Source of the DNA: Gemmatimonadota bacterium
GTDB lineage: Bacteria; Gemmatimonadota; Gemmatimonadetes; Palauibacterales; KS3-K002
Length of the DNA stretch: 17,121 nt
Direction: 5' to 3'
Assembly (NCBI GenBank): GCA_039586795.1
Contig: JBDHJS010000063.1
Location: 1-17,121 of the forward strand
Shown: positions 8,783-17,121 of the stretch, piece after piece
Position numbering within the stretch: position 1 is the first letter of the stretch
How the letters are laid out: the number at the start of each line of letters is the position of its first letter
Position numbers and translations under genes: made by a program
The notes under the pieces: generated by a model
What the model was told of the DNA's origin: nothing
The model's database searches: none
Seen by the model: only the letters and a program-made list of their open reading frames with translations

Positions 8783-9853
8783 TCACCCGCCGCGAGTGTG
8801 CATCTCCCGATGCGGATCCTTCCTCAAATCCTCAATCTGATAAAGCGGCCCCCGCAACGAATTCAACTCCGCCCGCTCTTCCGCCCCTCGATCCTCCCGC
8901 GCCGTCCACGCCTCGAAGATCAACCCCCGAATCTCATCAGCGCTCGCCCCCGCCCGCAGCGGCGTCCGCAAATCGATCCCGCGTTCCGCGTATAGGCATA
9001 GGAACCACACCCCATCCGCCGTCACGCGACTACGGTCGCACGAGTAACAGAACGGCTGCGTCGTCGATGCGATGATCCCAAGCACCGTCCCGTCAGGCAG
9101 CGCGAAGCGGTCGGCCGGCGCCGAACCGTTCTCCGCCAACGGCTGAATCGCTCCGTAATGGCTCTCCAGTCGCTCGACTATTTCCAGCCTCGACATCACC
9201 ATGTCCAACGACCAGTGGGTGGCGCCGCCAACGTCCATGTACTCGATGAATCGGACCTCGGCGCCCTTCTGTTTGCCGAACTCGATCAGATCCACCAGCT
9301 CGTCGTCATTGTAGCCTTTCATGACCACGGTGTTGATCTTCAGCTCGCCGAGCCCCGCCGCCCGCGCCGCATCGAGCCCCGTGACTACATGGTCAAGGTC
9401 ATCGCGCCGTGTCAGCTGCTTGAATCGGTCGGCGCGCAGCGTGTCCAGGCTGACCGTGACCCGGCCCAGCCCGGCGCGAGCTAGGGGCTCCGCATGCCGC
9501 GGCAGCAACACGCCGTTCGTCGTGAGGCTCAGGTCGCGGATGCCGCGGTTCGCTGCCAGCCGTGCCACGATCTCAACCACCTCGCGACGCATCAGCGGCT
9601 CGCCGCCGGTCAACCTCACGCTGTCAACGCCCAAGTCCGTGAAGGCGCGCACCAGCGTCTCTAGCTCGTCGACGCTGAGTACGTCTTCACGCGGCAGCCA
9701 GACGTACTCTTCCTCCGGCATGCAGTAATCACAGCGCAGGTTGCACATGTCGATGAGGGAGACGCGGAGGCTCCTCAGGGGGCGTCCCAGGCGATCGGAC
9801 GGACGGACAGCGTCCTGTTTCAAGTCGCTGGCCGAGTTTGCGGGTCTATTCAA
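8783..9853 (-). CDS. moaA: GTP 3',8-cyclase (molybdenum cofactor biosynthesis, radical SAM)
   Basis: DRLGRPLRSLRVSL; CNLRCDYCMP; RLTGGEPL; LTTNG; VSLDTL; KINTV; RFIEYM; FCYSCDRSR..FLCL second cluster; C-terminal MHTRGG. TTG start uncertain. Confidence 0.96.
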   Translation of the reverse strand: MNRPANSASDLKQDAVRPSDRLGRPLRSLRVSLIDMCNLRCDYCMPEEEYVWLPREDVLSVDELETLVRAFTDLGVDSVRLTGGEPLMRREVVEIVARLAANRGIRDLSLTTNGVLLPRHAEPLARAGLGRVTVSLDTLRADRFKQLTRRDDLDHVVTGLDAARAAGLGELKINTVVMKGYNDDELVDLIEFGKQKGAEVRFIEYMDVGGATHWSLDMVMSRLEIVERLESHYGAIQPLAENGSAPADRFALPDGTVLGIIASTTQPFCYSCDRSRVTADGVWFLCLYAERGIDLRTPLRAGASADEIRGLIFEAWTAREDRGAEERAELNSLRGPLYQIEDLRKDPHREMHTRGG

Positions 9854-10011
9854 GAAACTCTCTGTATTCTAAGCACTTTCGACGACTGCGAATCCCTGAG
9901 TGTGGCCGAACGCCCCGGGAAAAGCAAGGTCCCGACCCCGGGAAACAGCGCGACGCGCGGCGCTGTTCTACCTGATGGACGCTGCAGCGGTCACTTTGCA
10001 GAGGGTCTCCG

Positions 10012-11151
10012 ATGAAAGCATATCCGCGCTCCCTACTGGGAGCTTCGGCTGTCTATCTCGCCTTGTTCGCGTGCGGCGAGGCGCGACCGCAGGACAACGG
10101 AGGGAATGTGCCGTTCAGCACCGCAGGCTGGAGCACGGACTTCTCGAAGCGCTCGGTTCCGTTAGAGGAGATCCTCTCCGGTGGGCCGCCCAAGGATGGG
10201 ATACCGGCCATCGATCGGCCACACTTCGTTTCGATCCGCGAGGCCGACGAATGGATCGGCGAGCGGGAGCCGGTGATCGTCTTCGAGCATGGGGGCGTAG
10301 TCCGAGCCTATCCGTGGCAGATCCTCATCTGGCACGAGATCGTGAACGACGAGGTCGGCGGCATCCCCGTGACTGTCACCTATTGTCCGCTCTGTAACAC
10401 CGCCATCGCCTTCGACCGGCGCCTCGATGGCCGGTTGCTCGATTTTGGTGCTACGGGCAAGCTGCGTTACAGCGACTTGCTGATGTACGACCGCCAGACG
10501 GAGAGTTGGTGGCAGCAAGCGACGGGCACAGCGATCATCGGCGAGTTGACCGGTGCGACCCTGACCTTCCTGGCTGCACCGACGATGAGCTGGGCCGACT
10601 TCAAGAGCGAATACCCCGACGCCGAAGTGCTCAGCCGCGAGACCGGGCACTACAGACCTTACGGGCAGAATCCGTACGCAGGTTACGACACTGGTCGTCC
10701 GGTCCTCTATCGCGGCCCGCGAGACGATCGCCTGCCGATGATGGAGCGCGTCGTCGTCGTTCAAGTCGGTGACGAGGCGGCAGCCTACGCGCTCGGTAAG
10801 CTGGTTGAGGAACAAGCGATCAATCACGAAGTCGGCGAAACCCCGATCGTCGTCTTCCATCGACCGGGCACCGCGTCCGCGGTCGACGCCCGGACCATCG
10901 AGAGCGGACGCGATATCGGCTCCGCTGCCACCTACCTGCGAACCGTAGACGGCCAAACCCTCACCTTTGTCCCGGATGGCGAAGGTTTCCGCGACGAACA
11001 AACCGAAAGCCACTGGACTTTCTTCGGCGAAGCCGTATCGGGCCCTCTAAAAGGATCGCAACTGAAAGCGACGGTGCACTACATCCCGTTCTGGTTCGCC
11101 TGGGCCGCCTTCGCCCCGGATACCCCCGTCTACGGACGGCCAGAAGACTAG
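10012..11151 (+). CDS. DUF3179 domain lipoprotein with CxxC
   Basis: Lipobox LFAC; GGPPKDGIPAIDRP; RAYP..LIWHEIVND; TYCPLC; GKLRYSDLLMYDRQTESWWQQ; FRDEQTESHW; FWFAWAAF. Confidence 0.9.
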   Translation: MKAYPRSLLGASAVYLALFACGEARPQDNGGNVPFSTAGWSTDFSKRSVPLEEILSGGPPKDGIPAIDRPHFVSIREADEWIGEREPVIVFEHGGVVRAYPWQILIWHEIVNDEVGGIPVTVTYCPLCNTAIAFDRRLDGRLLDFGATGKLRYSDLLMYDRQTESWWQQATGTAIIGELTGATLTFLAAPTMSWADFKSEYPDAEVLSRETGHYRPYGQNPYAGYDTGRPVLYRGPRDDRLPMMERVVVVQVGDEAAAYALGKLVEEQAINHEVGETPIVVFHRPGTASAVDARTIESGRDIGSAATYLRTVDGQTLTFVPDGEGFRDEQTESHWTFFGEAVSGPLKGSQLKATVHYIPFWFAWAAFAPDTPVYGRPED

Positions 11152-11222
11152 GAGCGCCCGTCGACGTAGACGTCAACGCCCCGTCGTCGAGAACGCTAGC
11201 CATCCGCAGGCCGCCGTTCCGG

Positions 11223-11231
11223 TGATATATT
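11223..11231 (+). promoter_or_regulatory. Putative extended -10 promoter of the LOG gene
   Basis: TGATATATT (TGn+TATATT) about 43 nt before ATG 11274. Confidence 0.4.
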
Positions 11232-11273
11232 CTCTCGTTCTCGGCTCCCTAATTCACCTAATCCGACTTTCCG

Positions 11274-11858
11274 ATGGCTATATCAACAGTCTGCGTCTAC
11301 TGCGCCTCCAGCACCCAGGCCGACGATTCTTACTATTCCGCCGCCGAACGACTCGGCCGGATCCTCGCCCAGAACGACATGACGATCGTCTACGGCGCCG
11401 GCGGCTCCGGCTCAATGGGCCGGCTCGCCGATGGCGCGCTGGCCGAACGCGGCAACGTGGTTGGCGTGATTCCCGGTTTCATGAAAGACCTCGAGTGGTA
11501 TCACCGCGGGATCGGCGAGCTGATCGAGGTCGACGACCTTCACGATCGTAAGCGAAAGCTGCTCGACGGCGTCGATGCCGTGGTCGCGTTGCCCGGCGGC
11601 TCGGGCACGCTGGACGAATTGATCGAGGCCATCTCGCTCAAGCGACTGGGTAGCTTTACCGGGCCGATCGTCATGGTGAACACGAACGGTTTCTTCGATC
11701 CGTGCGTCGAGCTGCTTGAGCGCTGCATCGAGCAGCGATTCATGCATCAGAAACATCGTGAGATGTGGACGGTGGTGGACGAGCCGGAGCAGGTGATCGA
11801 GGCGTTTGTGAAGGCGCCGCCATGGTCGGGGGACGCTATCGAGTTTGCGGCGGTGTGA
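11274..11858 (+). CDS. LOG-family nucleotide phosphoribohydrolase (TIGR00730 Rossmann-fold type)
   Basis: VCVYCASS; IVYGAGGSGSMG; LHDRK; signature PGGSGTLDE; NTNGFFD. Confidence 0.93.
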   Translation: MAISTVCVYCASSTQADDSYYSAAERLGRILAQNDMTIVYGAGGSGSMGRLADGALAERGNVVGVIPGFMKDLEWYHRGIGELIEVDDLHDRKRKLLDGVDAVVALPGGSGTLDELIEAISLKRLGSFTGPIVMVNTNGFFDPCVELLERCIEQRFMHQKHREMWTVVDEPEQVIEAFVKAPPWSGDAIEFAAV

Positions 11859-11871
11859 AGCCGGTCGATGA

Positions 11872-11951
11872 AATCCTCAACACCTAATCTCTCAATCCTC
11901 AATTGTCAGTGCGCCTTAGAATTGAGGATTGAGGATTAGGTGTTGAGGATT
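11872..11951. repeat. Long intergenic palindrome, copy C (AATCCTC-type heptamer arms); possible bidirectional terminator
   Basis: Arms 11872-11904 and 11920-11951 are complementary except for one bulged base, with a 15-nt loop; between convergent genes; 22/28 identical to the copy A left arm. Confidence 0.92.
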
Positions 11952-11980
11952 AAGCTAATGCTGGCCGTAAGCCGTCGGCT

Positions 11981-12442
11981 CTACCGCCGCGGCTTGATGA
12001 TCATATCCGGATCGATCACCACCGTATACGGACCACTCTCCTCGAAGCTGCAAACCAGTTCGATATTGTAAGCATACCGATTACCCGCCTGGTTCGGCCT
12101 CATGCCACGACCACGCGCGGGGTTTCCTCGACCCTCCGCGCTATACGGCGGCGGGTTCGTGAACGGCCAGCTCCCCTGTCCTCTCTTGTTCGTGATAGTA
12201 AACGCGTCGGTGTGGGCCTCGGCGGCCAACACCCAGTTGATCGAGTCGCCTTCGAACAAACTCGCCGACCACGGGGTCACATTGATGTCGACACCTTCGC
12301 CGGCGCATCGCACGTCAATCGTCACCGTGACCAGGCCATCCTGGACTTGGGCAGAGTGGTCGGCCGAGCTCAGGCCGAGGCCGATCATCGCGAGGGCAGC
12401 CAGCGCCAGAACTCGCGTTATGGGTACAAGTACACGAGGCAT
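11981..12442 (-). CDS. Small secreted beta-rich protein with C-terminal IDPxxI motif (possibly DP-EP/cupredoxin-like fold)
   Basis: GGAGG SD before ATG 12442; signal peptide (RVLALAALAMIGLGLSSA); two Cys; GDSINW..YAYNIEL..VVIDPDMIIKPRR. Confidence 0.75.
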   Translation of the reverse strand: MPRVLVPITRVLALAALAMIGLGLSSADHSAQVQDGLVTVTIDVRCAGEGVDINVTPWSASLFEGDSINWVLAAEAHTDAFTITNKRGQGSWPFTNPPPYSAEGRGNPARGRGMRPNQAGNRYAYNIELVCSFEESGPYTVVIDPDMIIKPRR

Positions 12443-12576
12443 TTAAGACCTCCCGGTTGGGGTAAGATTCGCCAATCTCGGGCGCGGGCCTCGTTTTGAC
12501 AAGTCGGCCTCGCGCACCGACTCGTTCGGCACCATCTTCATGCTCGTTCTCGTGTGCGGCAGACTGACAGACCAGA

Positions 12577-14856
12577 GTGGAAGACAGCATGCGCGATAGC
12601 CCCGGCGACTCCTTCCAGCATCCAGAACGCATCGGTCCATACAAGATCCTCCAGGTCATCGGCGAGGGCGGGATGGGGTACGTCTATGAGGCGGAACAGA
12701 CGGAACCGGTCCGCCGCCGCGTCGCGCTGAAGGTCATCAAGACGGGGATGGACACCCGGCAGGTCGTCGCTCGCTTCGAGGCGGAGCGTCAGGCGTTAGC
12801 CGTGATGGCCCACCCGAACATCGCGAAAGTCCTCGATGCCGGCGCGACTGACGACGGTCGCCCCTTCTTCGTGATGGAGCTGGTCAGGGGACTGCCAGTT
12901 AACGAGTACTGCGATGTTCACAAGCTCTCGGTCAGTCAAAGGCTCCAGTTGTTCGTCCTCGTCTGCCAGGCGGTTCAGCACGCCCACCAAAAGGGCGTCA
13001 TCCATCGCGACCTCAAGCCAAGCAACGTGATGGTCGCGGAGGAGGGCGGAGTAGCGGAGCCGAAGGTGATCGACTTCGGCATCGCCAAGGCGACGGGCCA
13101 GCAGCTGACGGAAAAGACGCTGGTCACGGAGCATGGCCAGGCGATCGGCACGCCGGCCTACATGAGCCCCGAGCAAGCGGAGCGCTCGGGTCTCGATGTC
13201 GACACCCGCACGGACATTTACTCGCTGGGCGTTATGCTCTACGAGTTGCTCGTCGGCCGTCTGCCTCTCGATCCATCCGATCTCGGTGTCCATGCCTTCA
13301 TGGCCCAGCTCGTTATGCGCGAGACGGACCCGCCCACGCCAAGTGCCAGGCTGAGCAGCTTGGGAGACGCGCAGAAACGCATCGCCGATCATCGCCACGT
13401 CGATCCGTCAGCGCTGCGTCGCGAGCTGAAGGGCGACCTCGACTGGATCACCATGAAGGCGATGGAGAAGGACCGTACGCGGCGCTACGAGTCGGCGAAC
13501 GGCCTGGCCCTCGACATACAACGCTTCTTGAAGAATGAACCGGTTCTGGCTCGCCCGCCCAGCGCGCAGTACCGCTTCGGCAAATTCGTGCGCCGACATC
13601 GTGCTGTCGTCTTTGCAGGCTCGATCGTCGCTTTCGGCCTCGTGGCCGGCGCCGTGATGGCGACGGTCGGTATGGTGCGTGCAACGCGTGCCGAAGCTTT
13701 GGCTGCCCGTGAAGCGGCGGCAGCGCAGCAGGTCGCCGACTTTCTCGTCAGTATCTTCGAGGTCTCCGACCCCGGCGAAACCCAGGGTAACTCTATCACA
13801 GCTCGCGAGCTGCTCGATGCCGGCGCCGCGCGGATCGAGACCGAGCTAGCGGACCAGCCCGTGGTGCAGGCTCGGCTGATGTCTACCATCGGCTACGTCT
13901 ACTACCAGCTCGGGCTGTACAACCGCGCCGCCTCGCTCCTCGAGGAAGCTCGTATCGTGAGCGAGCGCGAGTTGGCTCCCGACGACCTTGCCGTCGCAAA
14001 TGTCCTCAACCAGCTCGCCATTCTCTACCGAGACCAGGGACGACAGGTGGAGGCGGAAGACCTCTTCCTCAGGGCGTTGGCAATCAGAGAAGGTGCAGAA
14101 GGCCTGGGAGGCCCGGATATCGCCTCTACCCTCACAAACCTCGGCTCGCTTTACGCCGAACAGGGAAGGTACGAGGAAGCTGAGGCTCTGCTGAGGCGCG
14201 CCGTTGAGATCGATAGCACAGCGTTCGGTCCAACCGACCCGAGGACGATGGCGAACATCTCGAATCTCGCCGTCAACCTCTGGTATCAGGGTCGCCTCGA
14301 TGAGGCCGAGCCTCTGTTCAGACGCGTGCTCGAGATTGAGGAGGAGACGAAAGGCCCTGACCATCCTGACGTCGGCGAGAGCCTCAACAACCTTGGCGCG
14401 CTATACTGGATGATGGAACGGTACGCCGATGCGGAGCCGCTCTACGAACGCGCTTATTCCATCTTCGAGAACGCCCTTGGGCCAGACCATCCGTATACCG
14501 CCGCTGTGCTGAACAACCTGGGCGAAACCTTCTGGATCCAGGGCAAGTACGCGGATGCGGAGCGTATGTACCTGCGGTCATTGACGATCAAGCAGGAGCA
14601 GCAGCCGGGACACCCGACGGTCGCCACGACACTCTACAATCTCGGTAACCTGTACCGCGACATGGAAAGCTACGACGTTGCGGAGGATTACTATAATAGA
14701 GCTCTCGAGATCCGCGAACGGGAGCTGGGACCCGAGTCGAGCGGCGTTGCCGAGGTGCTTGAAGCGTACGCGGCCATGCTGCGGGCTGCGAATCGTGACG
14801 GTGAAGCAGAACGGCTGGAGGCTCGGGCGTTGGCGATCCGCGGAGACGGGCCGTGA
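12577..14856 (+). CDS. Transmembrane Hanks-type Ser/Thr protein kinase with C-terminal TPR array
   Basis: [64 protein letters not shown]; about seven 42-aa kinesin-light-chain-like TPRs (LNNLG..AE.LY.RAL.I.E..LGPDHP). Start is GTG 12577 or ATG 12589. Confidence 0.95.
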   Translation: MEDSMRDSPGDSFQHPERIGPYKILQVIGEGGMGYVYEAEQTEPVRRRVALKVIKTGMDTRQVVARFEAERQALAVMAHPNIAKVLDAGATDDGRPFFVMELVRGLPVNEYCDVHKLSVSQRLQLFVLVCQAVQHAHQKGVIHRDLKPSNVMVAEEGGVAEPKVIDFGIAKATGQQLTEKTLVTEHGQAIGTPAYMSPEQAERSGLDVDTRTDIYSLGVMLYELLVGRLPLDPSDLGVHAFMAQLVMRETDPPTPSARLSSLGDAQKRIADHRHVDPSALRRELKGDLDWITMKAMEKDRTRRYESANGLALDIQRFLKNEPVLARPPSAQYRFGKFVRRHRAVVFAGSIVAFGLVAGAVMATVGMVRATRAEALAAREAAAAQQVADFLVSIFEVSDPGETQGNSITARELLDAGAARIETELADQPVVQARLMSTIGYVYYQLGLYNRAASLLEEARIVSERELAPDDLAVANVLNQLAILYRDQGRQVEAEDLFLRALAIREGAEGLGGPDIASTLTNLGSLYAEQGRYEEAEALLRRAVEIDSTAFGPTDPRTMANISNLAVNLWYQGRLDEAEPLFRRVLEIEEETKGPDHPDVGESLNNLGALYWMMERYADAEPLYERAYSIFENALGPDHPYTAAVLNNLGETFWIQGKYADAERMYLRSLTIKQEQQPGHPTVATTLYNLGNLYRDMESYDVAEDYYNRALEIRERELGPESSGVAEVLEAYAAMLRAANRDGEAERLEARALAIRGDGP

Positions 14857-14898
14857 GGGGCATCATCGTCCAAATTCAATGCGTAACCGTCGATGCCT

Positions 14899-15014
14899 AA
14901 CGTCCAAGGCGCAATCACACTCATCAACAACTCATCCCTCAACCCTCACTCTTCACCTGATGATTGAGGGCTGAGTGTTGATGAGTGTGATTGGACCTTT
15001 TGCGTTAACCGTCA
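14899..15014. repeat. Long intergenic palindrome, copy B
   Basis: Arms 14912-14942 and 14964-14993 pair with one mismatch and one bulge; 14956-14991 matches the reverse complement of the copy A left arm except for a 1-nt deletion. Confidence 0.93.
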
Positions 15015-15107
15015 GGCATTGAGACTTGTTGTCTCTCCCCACCACGATCCCTAACTTTCCCCCACCAAAAAGCACCCCCAATCATCACACAAACGGAGGC
15101 ACCCCCG

Positions 15108-16079
15108 ATGCGTCGCTCGATATCCCCTCTAGCCGCCGCGCTCGTCGTCGTCGGCCTGGCTTTCCCCCCGACCGAGCAGCCACAAGACAGCGTCCTCCTC
15201 GTCACCAACAAGAGCGAAAACACCATCTCGTTCATAAACCCGGAAACCGGCGAAGAGCTGGCCCGCGTCGAAACCGGTCCCGGACCCCACGAGGTAGCCG
15301 TGACGCCGGATGGCAGCACGGCTTTCGTCGCGAACTACAGCACCAACAGCCTGACGGTGATCGATGTCGCGAACCGCAGTGCGCAGGGGATGATCGACCT
15401 TGGCGAGCATCAGAACCCGCACGGGATCGTGGTGAGCAAGGACGGCAAATCGGTCTGGGTGACCACGGAAGGATCGCAGGACCTGGTGGAGGTCGACGTC
15501 GAGTCCCGGCAGGTCAAGCGAGCGATCCATACCGGTCAGCGCGTCACCCATATGGTCGCCCTCGCCGAAAGCCACGACAAAGCGTACACGGCGAACATCG
15601 GCTCCGGTAACGTCACAGCCATCGACACGAAGAAGGGTGAGGTGATCGAGCAGATCAGGACCGGCGACGGCGCCGAGGGCATCGCGGTCACGCCTGACGA
15701 GAAGTTCTTACTGGTCACTAACCGCGCCGCCGGCACCTTCACGGTCATCGATATCGCGACGCACGAGATCGTGAAGAGCCTCGAGGTCGGCGGCTTCCCG
15801 ATCCGCGTCGAAGTGACGCCCGACGGCAAACGCGCGCTGATCAGCCAGGCGACATCGGCCACGTTGATCGAGATCATGACCGACGACTGGACGCCGGGCC
15901 GCTGGCTCGAGGTCGGCGCCATGCCGGTGGGGATCGAGATCCTGCCCGACGGCAAGACGGCCATCGTCGCCAACACCCGCGACGACATGTTGACGGTTGT
16001 CGATCTCGATAGCTTCCAAGCGGTACGGACCATCACGGGCGGCGATGAGCCCGACGGCATGGCCTACGTTGGACACTAG
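15108..16079 (+). CDS. Secreted YVTN/YncE-like seven-bladed beta-propeller
   Basis: GGAGG SD; signal peptide; about seven 42-aa blades (LVTNKSENTISFI; PHEVAVTPDG..FVANY; PHGIVVSKDG..WVT; AEGIAVTPD..LVTNR; PVGIEILPDG..IVAN). Confidence 0.9.
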   Translation: MRRSISPLAAALVVVGLAFPPTEQPQDSVLLVTNKSENTISFINPETGEELARVETGPGPHEVAVTPDGSTAFVANYSTNSLTVIDVANRSAQGMIDLGEHQNPHGIVVSKDGKSVWVTTEGSQDLVEVDVESRQVKRAIHTGQRVTHMVALAESHDKAYTANIGSGNVTAIDTKKGEVIEQIRTGDGAEGIAVTPDEKFLLVTNRAAGTFTVIDIATHEIVKSLEVGGFPIRVEVTPDGKRALISQATSATLIEIMTDDWTPGRWLEVGAMPVGIEILPDGKTAIVANTRDDMLTVVDLDSFQAVRTITGGDEPDGMAYVGH

Positions 16080-16110
16080 CGCGCATCGGACGAACCTGAT
16101 TACCAAGTCT

Positions 16111-16602
16111 ATGCGGCCGCGGGCTCGCCTCGCGCCGATCTTCGCGGCGCTGTTTGCGGCGACCGCGTGCACGGTGGAGCGCGCCGACGTTCGCACTCCT
16201 GGCGGCGAGTCACCGGAATCGGACACGACTCAGATCCGGCTGACCGTACAGGCGATCGCCACGGCGCTCGAGACCGGTGACCTTGCGGCGTTCAACTCGA
16301 TCTATCACGACAGCGTGACGATCTTCGAAGACGGGGTCGCCAATTCGGATTGGGCGACATATCGCGATGAGCACTTGATCCCGGTGATCGAGAGCCTCGT
16401 CGACCCCACGGTCGAGTTCGCCGATATCAGAGTCCGCTTCGTCGGCTTCGGCACGGCTCTGGCCACCTGCCGCTACCGCACGGCGGGCACCTACGAAGGC
16501 CGGGCGATCGAGATCCGTGGCGTCGCGACCTTGATATTCAGAAGGTTCGGTAGCCGCTGGCGGCTGATGCATCTACACACGTCTTCAATCAGGGAATACT
16601 GA
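16111..16602 (+). CDS. NTF2-like (SnoaL/DUF4440-type) lipoprotein
   Basis: ATG 16111 gives signal peptide MRPRARLAPIFAALFAATAC (lipobox); ALETGDLAAFNSIY; ATLIFRRFGSRWRLMHLHTS typical of the NTF2-like C-terminus. Confidence 0.82.
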   Translation: MRPRARLAPIFAALFAATACTVERADVRTPGGESPESDTTQIRLTVQAIATALETGDLAAFNSIYHDSVTIFEDGVANSDWATYRDEHLIPVIESLVDPTVEFADIRVRFVGFGTALATCRYRTAGTYEGRAIEIRGVATLIFRRFGSRWRLMHLHTSSIREY

Positions 16603-16641
16603 GCTCGGCCTGATCCACGGGCGCGAGCGGAAAGACAAGAG

Positions 16642-17121
16642 ATGGAAGCGCAGCAGAAGAACCGCCGTGACCGACTGGTGGTCACCAACCCGATCACCGG
16701 CGCGGAGATCGGCGACTACCCCGTCATGAGCTCCGGCGAAGTCGCGGCGCTGGTGGTGGCGGCCCGGGAAGCGCAAGCGGAATGGTCGCAGCTATCCCTC
16801 GGTCATCGCGCCAAGAGCCTGCGGTCCCTTCGTCGGCTGATCTACGATCGTGCTGATGAAATCGCCGACACCATCCGCTCCGAAACGGGCAAGGTGAAAG
16901 GCGAGGCGTTGGCCGAGGCGGTGATCGGCTGCGAGATGGCAGCATTTCTGGCTCGCAAGGCGCCGCGCGTACTCCGTTCCCGCGGCGCTTCACCCGGCGC
17001 CTTCACGCACCGCAGTGCCCGTGTCGTGTACGAGCCGTTCGGTGTCATCGGCGCCATCACGCCGTGGAATTATCCTTTTGCCATCAGTATGAGCGTTATC
17101 GGCACGAGCATCGCCGCCGGC
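16642..17121 (+). CDS. Aldehyde dehydrogenase family protein, N-terminal part (runs off the window; absent from the ORF track)
   Basis: Manual translation: MEAQQKNRRDRLVVTNPITGAEIG..AREAQAEW..ETGKVKGEALAE..EPFGVIGAITPWNYPF..IAAG; open to base 17121. Confidence 0.93.
   Translation, partial: MEAQQKNRRDRLVVTNPITGAEIGDYPVMSSGEVAALVVAAREAQAEWSQLSLGHRAKSLRSLRRLIYDRADEIADTIRSETGKVKGEALAEAVIGCEMAAFLARKAPRVLRSRGASPGAFTHRSARVVYEPFGVIGAITPWNYPFAISMSVIGTSIAAG

Noticed and set aside
9854..10011. Moco riboswitch or ModE box upstream of moaA
   Set aside because: No GCCTCC..GAAAGG-like Moco motif core or TATAT-N7-TAYAT box seen; an Rfam scan would settle it.
12496..12522. TTGACA -35 and AGTCGG..CCGACT inverted repeat upstream of the kinase
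   Set aside because: No -10 at proper spacing; a 6-bp stem is expected by chance.
8633..15014. Palindromes as a CRISPR array or classical intrinsic terminators
   Set aside because: Dispersed kilobases apart, no repeat-spacer periodicity or cas genes; stems are long and AT-rich without clear U-tracts.
15997..16110. Upstream extension of the NTF2-like ORF
   Set aside because: Overlaps the propeller gene; ATG 16111 gives a clean lipoprotein signal.

Overview
GC-rich bacterial chromosomal window; the gene set resembles Gemmatimonadota or a similar lineage (inference only). Left end: an exopolysaccharide/surface-glycan block (secreted parallel beta-helix protein, AsnB-type amidotransferase, GT4 glycosyltransferase), with sigma-54-like -24/-12 motifs upstream of both the beta-helix gene and asnB. 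Middle: a divergent pair of TPR genes (one soluble, one membrane-anchored receptor-like), moaA, a DUF3179 lipoprotein and a LOG-family protein. Right: a small secreted protein ending in an Asp-Pro motif, divergent from a transmembrane Ser/Thr kinase-TPR gene, then a YVTN beta-propeller, an NTF2-like lipoprotein and an aldehyde dehydrogenase that runs off the edge. The most unusual non-coding signal is three related long intergenic palindromes built from degenerate 7-8 nt units, with compensatory changes between copies. No rRNA, tRNA, CRISPR array, integrase or transposase was seen.
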